From IMG/VR virus record IMGVR_UViG_3300036824_000037, positions 1 to 64,000 of that record: DNA of 64,000 nucleotides; one strand, given 5' to 3'. The notes under the pieces were generated by a model. The model saw only the letters and a list, made by a program, of their open reading frames with translations. It was not told the origin of the DNA and did not search any database. Made by a program: the position numbers and the translations under genes. This document shows, one piece after another, positions 27,708 through 37,126 of this stretch (positions within the stretch are counted from its first letter, which is position 1; each line of letters begins with the position of its first letter). This stretch comes from a virus. Taxonomy: Duplodnaviria > Caudoviricetes.

Positions 27708-28703
27708 TCATGAGGCGAACTCCATCTCGCGCTCGGGCTCCAGCTCGGTGTCGGCGGTCTCGGCCGGCGCGGCTGGCGCCGGGCCGTCCACGACCTCGCT
27801 GCGGTAGCGGCTCGCGCAACTCTTGCTCACGCCGGTGTGCGCGATGATCGTCTTCAGCGTGACGTTGGGGCCGTGCTCGTCCACGAGGGCGCGCACGATC
27901 TCAAGCTGCTGCGCCTTGCGGTCGTCCCTGTCCTTGGCGCGGTCGGCGAAGCTGGCGGCTGCCGGAGTCTCGGCGCCCGCGCGCCGCCGGGTGCGGGCTG
28001 CGTTCGCCGCGGGTTGCGCGGCGGTCCCAGCCGGCGCACAGGGACCCTGTGCCACCCGGTTCCCGGAACCGTTCGCGCCGACTTCGCCGGAACCGTTGGA
28101 ACCCGGTCCCGGAACGTGCGCCGGAACCACGACTGGAACCTGTGCGTCGGCTTCGGCCGGAACCTCTGGAACGGTTGCGGTGGAACCGGTGGCGGGGGGT
28201 GCCAGGGCGGTGCGGGCGTCGGCGAGTTTGCGCAGCAGCCAGGGCCCCAGGAACCCCCAGCCGATCAGCAGCGCCGGGGCGACGGCGTCGAACCCTGCGC
28301 GCTGCCACTGGTGCGCGCGCAGCGCCTGCCCGCAGTTCAGGGCGATCATGACGATGCCGCACACGGCGCTCATCAGGTGCACGGGCCACAGGTCGCGCTC
28401 GTCGTTGCCGACGTAGGACAGGTAGGACGCGGCGACGATCAGCCCGGTGACGGACAGGTCGACGATGGGCCCGGTCAGGAACGCGATGCGCGGGTCGATG
28501 CCCAGTGACACGCCGAGCAGGCCGACGTTGCCGAAGCTGAATCCGAACGCGAGCAGGGGGACGACGGCGATGACGAACAGGACGACGCCGCGGATCCATT
28601 TCTCGACGCGGTCGCCGCGGGCGGGCGCGGCGCCGCCGAGGGGCTGCGCGGCGTGGTTCGCCGCGGCCCCTTTCGGTGTCGTCTCGTTCGTTCCGCTGCC
28701 CAT
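27708..28703 (-). CDS. Spd-like (DUF2637-type) membrane protein with C-terminal HTH
   Basis: Four TM segments (FGFSFGNV, GPIVDLSV, GFDAVAPALLIGW) and VTLKTIIAHTGVSKSCASRY; GAGGAG RBS. Confidence 0.75.
   Translation of the reverse strand: MGSGTNETTPKGAAANHAAQPLGGAAPARGDRVEKWIRGVVLFVIAVVPLLAFGFSFGNVGLLGVSLGIDPRIAFLTGPIVDLSVTGLIVAASYLSYVGNDERDLWPVHLMSAVCGIVMIALNCGQALRAHQWQRAGFDAVAPALLIGWGFLGPWLLRKLADARTALAPPATGSTATVPEVPAEADAQVPVVVPAHVPGPGSNGSGEVGANGSGNRVAQGPCAPAGTAAQPAANAARTRRRAGAETPAAASFADRAKDRDDRKAQQLEIVRALVDEHGPNVTLKTIIAHTGVSKSCASRYRSEVVDGPAPAAPAETADTELEPEREMEFAS
28065..28187. repeat. Cluster of nine GGAAC(C) motifs inside the Spd-like gene
   Basis: Copies at 28065, 28089, 28098, 28111, 28123, 28135, 28159, 28168 and 28182. 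Confidence 0.7.
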
Positions 28704-28787
28704 TTCGGCTACTCCTCGTTTCGGCGGCGTATCAGATCTCAGTGTATGCCCCTGCGTACACGTTGCGCGTGGCCATATGATCCGCGT

Positions 28788-29117
28788 GTGGAGCGTGAGG
28801 AGATCGAGCGGGCGGTGGATTCGCTGCTCGGTCTTTCACGCGCCGACGAGGCGGATCGCGAGGTTATCGCGCAGGTTCTTGCGCAGCGGGTGGCCGCGAT
28901 CCGGGGGGATCGGGATCGGGCGCTGTGCGCGCATTCGCTCGTTCGGTTGATGTTGGTGGGGGTCCCGCTGCTGGCGCGGGTGCGGCATCTGGCGGTGTTG
29001 GGGTTGCGGGCGGCGGGGTGGTCGCACGGGGATGTGGCGGGGTTGTTGAAGGTGGAGCGGTCCAGTGCGCAGACGATCGCGCGGCGGGAGGGTGTGCGGC
29101 TGCCGTCGGAGCACTAG
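28788..29117 (+). CDS. HTH regulator divergent from the transfer operon
   Basis: GWSHGDVAGLLKVERSSAQTI; leaderless start TATGAT-N6-GTG. Confidence 0.7.
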   Translation: MEREEIERAVDSLLGLSRADEADREVIAQVLAQRVAAIRGDRDRALCAHSLVRLMLVGVPLLARVRHLAVLGLRAAGWSHGDVAGLLKVERSSAQTIARREGVRLPSEH

Positions 29118-30220
29118 CCGGGCTGGGGGCAGGGGATGGGGAGTCTGGTTGCGAGGCTCGCGGCGAGGACCGCGAGGATCGCTGCGATGGTCGGGGCGGT
29201 GTGCGGCCCGAGCCCAGCGGGGTCGTGCCAGAGCAGTTGCAGGGCGGCGGCGAGGGCGGTTTGCCCGGCGCTCGCGATGGTGCGGGCGAAGTGCAGGTCG
29301 TGGCGGTCGGGGTCGGTGCGCCAGTTGGCGAGGAACCCGAGCAGCCCCGCGAGGGAGAGCAGCAGGCCAGCGGTGAGGAACGCGGCGGTCAGCTCGGGCA
29401 TCTCACGCCGCCCCGAGCAGTCGGCTGCGCAGGTCGGCCACGTCCGCGGCGTTCACGGAGATCATCACCAGTGAACCGCTGGCTCCCTCGACGTTCATGA
29501 CGGCGAGCGAGTCGGCGGAGGTGAGCGGCTGCTCGCGGTCGCGGTTGCGCGCCCACTCGGCGAGCGTCTTCGCGAGGTCCACGCCGGGCTGCGGGTACGT
29601 CCTGCTCGCGGTCCAGCATGACGCGGGTGTTCTCGCCAAACACGGTCAGGCTCCCTTGGTGACGTAGTCGTGCGGGGTGAGGGTGAGCACGTCGCCTCGG
29701 ATATCGAGGTAGAGCGAGTCGTCCTGGGCGCGGGTCGCGGCGTCGAGCGGGTTGAGCGGCGGCTCGTCCGCCTCGTCGTCAAGCAGGTGCCAGTTCGCCG
29801 CCTGGTGCATGGCCGTCGCCTCGGTCGCGAAGTGCTCGTAGCCGAGTTCCCGGTCGAACACGCCGAGGATGCTCGGGGTGTCGATGTCGGTGCCCTTGGT
29901 CAGGATCCAGACCTTCACGGGGTGCTCCCTCGGCTTGTCGCGGTGGGTCTGCGTGCCTGGCGCCGGATTCGAACCGGTCAGGATCTCCACGCCGGGCGGT
30001 GGTGCGGTCAGTTCTGGTGCTGCGCGATGTAGGCGTCGAGGCGGTCGCGCAGGGTCGCGAGGTCGGCGAGTTCGCCGGTGACGGTGACCTCGGCGCCGGT
30101 GACGGCCCCGGTGAGGGTGACGGCGTGGTCGCTGCGGTTGGTGGGCGTGATCACGATCGAGCCGCGGACGGCGCCGGTCAGGTGGGCGGTTACGGTCCGG
30201 GTGGTCTGCGTGGCGGGCAT
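29114..30220 (-). other. Small hypothetical CDSs (29114-29401 membrane, 29403-29643 frameshifted, 29646-29918, 30008-30220)
   Basis: RBS-preceded or coupled ORFs with high GC3. Confidence 0.55.
29954..29997 (-). ncRNA. tRNA-like minihelix (acceptor stem + T-arm only)
   Basis: GCCCGGC-N12-ACCGG-TTCGAAT-CCGGC-GCCAGGC-A in an intergenic position. Confidence 0.4.
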
Positions 30221-30303
30221 TGCGGGCTCCTTCGATGGACGGGACTTGCCGGCGTGCCCGCGCGCGCTACCTCGATGCGATCGCGCGGGCCGGATTTGAG
30301 CTG

Positions 30304-30765
30304 TCAGACGCCGACGAGCGCGGCTTCGGCGATCGCGGCCTGGTCGTAGGCCCGCGCGTCGCGCAGCGCCCGGTCGCAGGCGGCGAGAGTGTTGACCTGC
30401 GCGAAGTTCCGGTTGCGCTCGATCCACGCGGGCAGCGCGGCGGCGATGGCGCGCGCGTCCGGGTCGCCGGTCTCGGGCCAGTCGTACAGGGCCAGGCGCC
30501 CACGGGCGTCGCGGGCCTGGATGGCGGTCTTCTCCTGGGCCCAGCGCGCGGCCTGCAGGACGGCGCGGCCGCCGCCGCGGATGGACAGGGCACGGGCGGC
30601 GCAGGTGCTGCCGTAGTAGGTGATCTCCTCTTCGTTGCCGTCCCCGTCGAGGATCGCGAGCACGACGGTGGACTTGAGGTCGTCCTTGCCGCAGTACTGG
30701 CACTGCACGCACTCGTCGGTGACGCCGATGTAGCGGTGCTTGGTGTCGGTCTGCGTGGCGGTCAT
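30304..30765 (-). CDS. Zn-finger hypothetical protein
   Basis: CQYCGK...YYGSTCA; GAGGGAG RBS. Confidence 0.7.
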   Translation of the reverse strand: MTATQTDTKHRYIGVTDECVQCQYCGKDDLKSTVVLAILDGDGNEEEITYYGSTCAARALSIRGGGRAVLQAARWAQEKTAIQARDARGRLALYDWPETGDPDARAIAAALPAWIERNRNFAQVNTLAACDRALRDARAYDQAAIAEAALVGV

Positions 30766-30805
30766 GTCCGGCTCCCTCGGTTTGCCCTTGCCTCGATAAC
30801 CTCAA

Positions 30806-30848
30806 TGTAGCGGGTACCCGCTACACATGTCAACGGGTACCCGCTACA
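30806..30848. promoter_or_regulatory. Tandem palindromic operators
   Basis: Perfect 20-bp palindrome TGTAGCGGGTACCCGCTACA (30806-30825) and a partial copy ending at 30848, between divergent genes. Confidence 0.8.
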
Positions 30849-30856
30849 CTCTCCAC

Positions 30857-31195
30857 ATGGACACTCAGGACGCAGCACGGCGGCTCGTGCGCGACGCCAT
30901 CGCGTTGATCGCCGCCGTCGAGGACCCGCAGGAGCGGGACCGCGAGGCCGTTGCGTTCGGGACGTTTCTGCGCGAACAGGCCGCCGCCGAGGTACGCGAG
31001 GTACGGCAGGCGAACGCAAAGGGGCTGCACGACCAGGGGCTGTCGCTCGCGCAGATCGGCGGACTGCTCGATCTGGACCGCAACCGGGTCGGCGGGATCA
31101 TCGCCGGGCGCAGCGGTGGCAAGAGGCGTCCGCGCGGCAAGAGCCCGGCGGTGGAACTCGCGGACCACGAGGCCCGCACTACCGACGGGCAGTAG
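30857..31195 (+). CDS. HTH repressor
   Basis: GLSLAQIGGLLDLDRNRVGGII; leaderless start TACACT-N6-ATG. Confidence 0.75.
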   Translation: MDTQDAARRLVRDAIALIAAVEDPQERDREAVAFGTFLREQAAAEVREVRQANAKGLHDQGLSLAQIGGLLDLDRNRVGGIIAGRSGGKRRPRGKSPAVELADHEARTTDGQ

Positions 31196-31220
31196 TGCGG
31201 GCTCCGTTCGGGCGCTCCGG

Positions 31221-31511
31221 TCATTGGGCCGGACCGGATTTATCTGCGTCGTCAGGATTCTTCGAGGCTGCGGGCCCGCGGGTCGGCGGCCTGCGCAGCG
31301 GTATGCCAGCTTCCCTGGCCAGGCGCCGCAGGATCTCGGGGTCGAGGCCCGAGAGCTCGGCGATCTGCCCGACGGTGGCGACCTGCTTGCGCAGTTCGGC
31401 GACGGCGAGCAGTTTCGTCGGTTCGCGCAGCGCCGCCTCGGCCTGCTTGACCTGCTTGTAGGCCGCGAAGCTGGCCGCTGTCGCGGGGTCCGGGGTGTAT
31501 CGGTTCACCAT
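31221..31511 (-). CDS. Small HTH protein
   Basis: TVGQIAELSGLDPEILRRLAREAGI. Confidence 0.7.
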   Translation of the reverse strand: MVNRYTPDPATAASFAAYKQVKQAEAALREPTKLLAVAELRKQVATVGQIAELSGLDPEILRRLAREAGIPLRRPPTRGPAASKNPDDADKSGPAQ

Positions 31512-31570
31512 GACTCCATAGTGCCCTACGTGTAGGCCTAATGTCCAGTAGAATTGCTGGCAGATTGAGC

Positions 31571-31599
31571 TTGACTAGGACTATCTGTAGGCCTATTCT
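31571..31599 (+). promoter_or_regulatory. Sigma70-type promoter with TGTAGGCCTA operator-like repeat
   Basis: TTGACT-N17-TATTCT; TGTAGGCCTA at 31531 and 31586. Confidence 0.65.
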
Positions 31600-31636
31600 A
31601 GAGGTAGAGCAAGGGACGCCGACGAAGGAGCCCGAG

Positions 31637-31888
31637 ATGACCGCCACCGCCCAGACCGCCGCAGTGCAGACCACCGTCCAGCCCGGCGACAAGATCACCA
31701 TCCTGACCAAGGACGGCGCGGACCACGCGATGGCCGTCGTGGAGCACACCGACGGCAGCTTCTTCACCGCGAAGTGCCCGCTCGCCGCCGACACCATGGA
31801 GATCCTGCGCACCAGCCCGGCCGGCCGGGGCTGGATGGTGAACGAGGTGGCGAAGCTGCGCCGCTGCGGCTACGAGATCGAGCACTGA
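31637..31888 (+). CDS. Hypothetical protein
   Basis: AAGGAG RBS, own promoter and downstream hairpin. Confidence 0.7.
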   Translation: MTATAQTAAVQTTVQPGDKITILTKDGADHAMAVVEHTDGSFFTAKCPLAADTMEILRTSPAGRGWMVNEVAKLRRCGYEIEH

Positions 31889-31910
31889 GCCGCCGGACGC
31901 GAAGACGAAG

Positions 31911-31934
31911 AGGCCCCCGGTTATCCGGGGGCCT
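31911..31934. terminator. Hairpin terminator
   Basis: AGGCCCCCGG-TTAT-CCGGGGGCCT. Confidence 0.7.
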
Positions 31935-32002
31935 TCGCCGTGCGCCACACGGGTGTCTGCGCGCACAGATATTAGAGTGCCGTCCACTCCGCCGTGCACG
32001 AC

Positions 32003-32039
32003 GAGGCCCGCACCACCGACGAGCGGTGGTGCGGGCCTT
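32003..32039. terminator. Hairpin terminator for the convergent operon
   Basis: AGGCCCGCACCACCG-ACGAG-CGGTGGTGCGGGCCT. Confidence 0.7.
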
Positions 32040-32053
32040 CGGGTTCTGCGCGT

Positions 32054-32842
32054 TCAGCTTCCGTTGATCCCCAACGCCTCGTCCAGCGCGTCCCAGATCG
32101 TGTCGCGCTCCGCGAACTCCCGGTCGACCACCACGACCTGCCAGGCGTCGCACAGTGCCTCGACCGCGGCGCGTCCCAGTTCGGTGCGGTAGATCGACCA
32201 CACCTCGCGGCGGGGTAGCGGCGGCCCGAACACGCTCGCGGTCAAGGCTGTGGCGGGATCGGCCGGGTCGGTGCGCACGGTGGCGTCCACGTCGAAGTCG
32301 GCGCCCCGAATCCGGGAACCGGGCGGCCACACAAAGTACGTCAGCTCATTGCGGCGTTCCCAGAGTGCCTCGCCGAGCCGGACCGCGGTGGCCTCGTCGC
32401 AGAACCCGGTCACGGCGGCGCGCTGCGACCACAGCCAGCCGTCGTAGCCCGGAGTGGGTCCGTGGCCGGGCTGGGACTCGGTCGTCATCAGACCGGCGCG
32501 GTTGTACGCGGCCAGGCGGCCGGTGAGCGGGAGGGTTTCGTTGTCGGGGGCGATGGCGTCGTAGCCGGGCAGGTAGAGGTTGCAGCCCTGGAGCCAGTCG
32601 GCGGTGAGGTTGGCGAGTTCGGGAAGGCTTGCGGCGGACTGCCAGGTGTCGCGATCGGCGCGGTAACGGGCGCGCTCCTCGGCGGTCAGGGGGCGGCTGT
32701 GGGTGTAGAACCCGTCGGCGCCGTAGAGCGGCACGGCGGGTTCGTCGGCACTGAACCCGGCCGGGACGCGGTGGCGGCGCTTGAGCCAGAGGTGCCAGCG
32801 CAGAGCGAGCGGGAGTTCCGCGAGACGGTAGGCGAGGTCCAT
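32054..32842 (-). CDS. DUF6919-like protein
   Basis: W.SA..L.EL..L.A.WL.G, NRAGLMTTESQPG and QRAAVTGF motifs. Confidence 0.65.
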   Translation of the reverse strand: MDLAYRLAELPLALRWHLWLKRRHRVPAGFSADEPAVPLYGADGFYTHSRPLTAEERARYRADRDTWQSAASLPELANLTADWLQGCNLYLPGYDAIAPDNETLPLTGRLAAYNRAGLMTTESQPGHGPTPGYDGWLWSQRAAVTGFCDEATAVRLGEALWERRNELTYFVWPPGSRIRGADFDVDATVRTDPADPATALTASVFGPPLPRREVWSIYRTELGRAAVEALCDAWQVVVVDREFAERDTIWDALDEALGINGS

Positions 32843-32845
32843 GGT

Positions 32846-34111
32846 TTACAACCTCTTGCTTACGCGTGTCCCGAACGGCCCGGGCAGCGACATCCAGATA
32901 CTTAGCCCGTGTCGGCGCCGTTTGCGGTAGCTGCGGTGGTGCAGCAGCAGGTACGCGGCGATGGCGATGCCGAACGCGATCCCGGGGTGGTGCTCGACGA
33001 AGCTTGCGATGGCGTGCAGCATCAGTTCTCCTCGGTGGTGACTCGTTCGGCGAACCCGTCGCTGTCGGCGGGCTGGTACGGGTCAAGGGTCAGGCGCAGC
33101 TCGGGCGCGCCACCGGCGTTGCCGCCCTCGACGGCTGCGATGGCGATCAGTGCGGCGGCGCAGTAGCCGATGTAGCCGAGCGCCGCGGGCGGCATGTCGG
33201 GCTTATCGAGCAGGTCGATCGCGACCACGGCGAGGAATCCGGCGACGCCGAGGGCTGCCAGGATGCGGGCGAGCACGCGGCTGCGCCGGTCGGCCATGGT
33301 CAGTCCCTCCCCGTGTCGCGCGGCCGCGCCTGGGCCTCGACGTCGGTCAGGACGACGACGCGGTCCGGCCCGATCATCTGCGCGAGTTCCTCGATCGGGT
33401 TGCGGTGCTCCCAGTCGGCGATCGGGGTGACCGGCAGCCGCGCGCCATATGCGGTCTCGGCGCCCGCGAGCCACTTCCACAGTTCGGGCACCGCCATGTC
33501 CTCGGGCGGCTGCACTCCGTCCAACTGGGGGTGCTGGGCGAGCAGTGCGGGGCGGCAGGTCTCGGCGGCGCGGGGCAACTGGTGGGTCATCAGGTTGTCG
33601 CCGGTCAGGTGGTTGAGGATGTCGTACACGCCGTCGATGTGGCGGCGCGAGAGTAGCCGTCCGGTGGTGATGGACAGGATGTCGGCGAGGTCGAACTCGC
33701 GGGCAGCAGGATCGGCCATGGTCAACTCCTAGATGGACGGATATCCGGGGGAACCGGCGTAGTAGCCGGGCAGGTCGGGGTCCGCGACCCGGCTTGCGGG
33801 CGCCGCGGCCTGCTGACGGGCGACCATCGCGTACTGGTCGCGCCCGGGGTGGGTGCAGGCGCGCCGCCCGGTCAGGCACGCCAGGCAGGAGGTGGCCAGG
33901 AGGCCGGACTCGGCGATCGGCTGCAAGGTCACGGCCGGCCAGCCGCCTGCCACTGCGCGGGCAGTGCGACCGCGAACACGCCGAGGGCGCGGGCCCGGCG
34001 CACCAGGGCGTCGGCGTCGGCGCGGCCCATGGGGATGGTGACGTTGCGGGTGTGGCGGCCGGGTTCGGGGCAGTTGAACGCGATCAGGTGCACGACGCGC
34101 AGGACGTCCAT
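32846..34111 (-). other. Small hypothetical CDSs (32846-33022, 33022-33297, 33300-33719, 33729-33932, 33929-34111)
   Basis: Coupled ORFs; two are hydrophobic. Confidence 0.55.
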
Positions 34112-34140
34112 GGGGGTTCCCCTCTCGGTGGATGCGGCGG

Positions 34141-34575
34141 TTAGTGGACGGCGGTCAGGGTGAGCGCGGCGATGAGCAGCGCGACAGAGTGGAGCGCCTG
34201 ATCGCACAGATATTGGCCGTTCATCCCGTTGCCGGCGAGGTCGGCGAAGGCGCCGGCGCGCAGCCGGATCAGGATCCAGCGCACCGGCCAGCGCCGGTCC
34301 AGCAGCGCGTGCGTTCCCGCGGACCAGGTCAGCGCGAGGATCGCGCCCAGCGGCCGGTAGCCCAGGTGCAGCACCAGGTCGAGCAGCGCGAGGACGGGGG
34401 CGATGGTCAGGTGGTAGGCGGTGATGTGGCGCAGGTTCGCGGCCCAGCCTTTGCGCCCGGGGTCGGCTTTGTGGCGGGCCATGGTGTCGGTTTGGGTGAC
34501 GTGGTCGGCGAGGTTGTGCAGGGGCAGCAGCGCGGCGAGGGTCGCGGCGAACACGGTCGCGGTGTCGGGGCTCAT
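34141..34575 (-). CDS. DUF3307-like membrane protein
   Basis: HNLADHVTQTD...H...THALLDRR...DQALH. Confidence 0.8.
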   Translation of the reverse strand: MSPDTATVFAATLAALLPLHNLADHVTQTDTMARHKADPGRKGWAANLRHITAYHLTIAPVLALLDLVLHLGYRPLGAILALTWSAGTHALLDRRWPVRWILIRLRAGAFADLAGNGMNGQYLCDQALHSVALLIAALTLTAVH

Positions 34576-35012
34576 CGCGCACCCCCGCACACCAGGGCCG
34601 CGGTGACGGTGTGCCGGGTGACGGTGTGCCGGGTGCCGGTGTCGCCGTTGGTGACGTGCGCGTGCGCGGTCACGAGGATCATGCCGCGGCTGCCCTCGCC
34701 GGCCGGGCGCCGCACCCTGGGCATGCCGGTGGGGCGGGGGGTGTCGGTGACGCTGAGCGCGAGTTGGCCGCCGGTCAGGTGCATCGCCACCTCGGCGCCG
34801 GCCGCTGGGTCGGCGTGTAGCAGCGCGTTGGTGACCAGTTCGCTGAGGATCAGTTGCGCGGCGTCGATGGTTTCGGCGGCCAGCCCGGCGTCGGCCAGTT
34901 CGTCGCGCACCCACGCGCGGGCGCGGCCCGGGGACTTCGCGGTGAGCGGCTCCAGGTGCAGCGCCCAGTCCCGCACGGCGGCGGCGGGCTGCTCCAACAG
35001 GGTCATCGTCAT
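34572..35012 (-). CDS. HATPase_c RsbW-like anti-sigma/ATP-binding protein
   Basis: ARAWVRDEL...QLILSELVTNALLHA...VTD...EGSRGMILV. Confidence 0.85.
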   Translation of the reverse strand: MTMTLLEQPAAAVRDWALHLEPLTAKSPGRARAWVRDELADAGLAAETIDAAQLILSELVTNALLHADPAAGAEVAMHLTGGQLALSVTDTPRPTGMPRVRRPAGEGSRGMILVTAHAHVTNGDTGTRHTVTRHTVTAALVCGGAR

Positions 35013-36668
35013 GACGGTCTCACCGCGTTGACCTGCGGTGAATAACTCGAACGGGTGGCGTGGGGCCGGCGCGACCTCATGATGCGGGCGAGGCGCTCGG
35101 CGCGCCGGCCGCGGCGTACCTGGCGCAGCATCGCCTTCGCGTACGCCTCGGCGTCGTCGAGGGTGTAGGTGCCGATCTCGTAGATCAGGCCGCGGGCGGG
35201 GTCGTTGACGACGATGATCGTGCCCTCGTCGGTGTTGTGCTTGAGGGTGGCGTATCCCTTGTCGTCGACCCATCGGGTGGCGGCTTCGCAGTACTCGGTG
35301 CCCTCGTCGTCGCTTTCGTGGCGGCGGCACCAGCGCTTGCAGGTGCGGGTGGGTGGCTTCATGGTGTGGCTCCGTCCGGTTGTGCGGCCCAGTGGCCGGT
35401 GGCCTCGCGTGCGCGGTCGAGGTATTCGGCGACGGTCTGCAAGCGCCCGTCGGCGTCGCGCAGCATGTCCGCGATCCGTTCGCCGTTCTCCCAGGACTGG
35501 GCGGCGGTCCCCGCCCAGACGTCCAGTGCGCTGCCGAGGCGCCCCAGGACGGTGTCGGTCTGGGTTAGGTCGTTGAGGGTGCGCAGGGTGTAGGCGAGGG
35601 CGGCGGGGTGCTGGGGTTCGGTGCTCATAGGTCCGCTCCGATCTGCGCGTCGTACTGCGCGGCTTCGAGATCGCGCTGTCGCTGCCACGCTGCGGCGAAC
35701 TGGGCGCGCAGGGCGGCCTGGTCGACGGGCTCGGTGTAGAGCTGGTGGGTCCACAGGCCGTCGATCAGGCGGGAGTCCACGGCGTAGGGCGGGTCGAAGA
35801 TCGGGGCGAGCCAGTGGGCGACGAACAGTGCGGCGCCCTGGTCGCTGCCGGTGGCGAACGGGAAGTCGAGCGCGTTCATCGGGCGCCTGCTGTCGCGGTC
35901 AGGCGCGGGTGGGCGCGCTGGATGTGGTGGGTCTCGGCCTTCGCCGCGGCGGTCTCGGAGGCGTAGCCGGCGCCGCACGAGCGCGGGCCGGTGCAGCCGG
36001 GCACCGTGCAGTGAAACGCGTGGCTCGGCGAGCCGGGCTCGTGGATCGTCATCGGGTGCTCCCGTCGATGTGTCCGCCGACGTAGGAGCAGGACAGGGCG
36101 CGCATCATCCGCGCGAGGTTGCCAGGCGTGGCCGGTACGCCGTAGCCGGCGAGCAGCGCGCGTGCGGTGTCGCGGTGGCCGGCGACCACGTCCGGTGCGG
36201 ACGCTGCGGCCAGTGCGACGTCGCGGGCCGTGGCGAATGCGGGCGGGGTCCAGCCGACGGGTTCGCCGGTGGGGTCCAGGTCGTCGAGGACCAGGGGGCG
36301 GCAGGCGGCCATCAGACGGCGCTCCCGTCCCGGGCGATGTAGGCGGTCAGCCACGCCACGTCGCCCCAGATGAGGTCGTGGTCGGCGTCGCCGTTGTTGG
36401 TGTACCGGTCGCGGTGCCACGCGGAGCGCAGGTGCCACGCTGCGTCCCGGCCGCGCGTGAAGGTCAGGCCGAAAGCCTTGCTGTAGGGGCTGTCCGGGAT
36501 GCGTCCGGGCTCGGTCGCGGCCGGGCGTCCGAGGACGAGGCGGATGCGCCCGGCCTGGTGTGCGTCGGCCTCGACGGTCCAGGCTGCGGCGGTGGCGATG
36601 AGTGTGGGGACGCCGTCGGGCAGGTCCCCCGCGAGTGCCTTTTCGCAGGCGGGGCAGTGGGCGATCAT
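35009..36668 (-). other. Run of small hypothetical CDSs (35009-35362, 35359-35628, 35625-35879, 35876-36052, 36049-36312, 36312-36668)
   Basis: ATGA/TGATG-coupled ORFs. Confidence 0.55.
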
Positions 36669-37126
36669 CGCTCGGCGCTCCCGTCCGGCGCGGTGCGCGT
36701 GGTCTCGATCCGCGGGTCGACGAGTCTGCCGAGGTCGCGGGCGCGCCGGCTGCGGCGCGCGGCGTCGCGGCGTTCGCGCAGCCGCTTGACCAGCACGGGC
36801 GCGTGGAGCTGCGCCTCGGGCCGGTCGATCAGCGAGTTGAGGATCTGGTGGTAGCAGACCGCGGACACACCGAACTCGGCGCGGATCGCGGCCTCGCGCT
36901 GGCCCGGGTGACGGAACGTTTTGCCGGCGAAGTCCAGGACGCGCCGGTCGGTGTCGGTCAGCGCGCAGGCCTGGGCGTAGTGCGCGGCCGTCGCGGTGTC
37001 GAACTGCTCCTGGGCGTCGGCGTCGAGGTGTTCGCGTTCGTCGGCGTAGTACTGCGGGTCGGCGGCGGCGCGGGCGATGTCCGGGGCGCGGCGGGCGGTG
37101 GCGGTCTTGGTGGCCATCTCAGGCAC
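36665..37126 (-). CDS. DUF3263-domain protein
   Basis: LTDTDRRVLDF...REAAIRAEFGVSAVCYHQILNSLID.PEA...PVLVKRLR. Confidence 0.8.
   Translation of the reverse strand: MPEMATKTATARRAPDIARAAADPQYYADEREHLDADAQEQFDTATAAHYAQACALTDTDRRVLDFAGKTFRHPGQREAAIRAEFGVSAVCYHQILNSLIDRPEAQLHAPVLVKRLRERRDAARRSRRARDLGRLVDPRIETTRTAPDGSAER

Noticed and set aside
29950-30000. Complete tRNA gene or att site
   Set aside because: D and anticodon arms and CCA are missing; no second copy or integrase noticed in the window.
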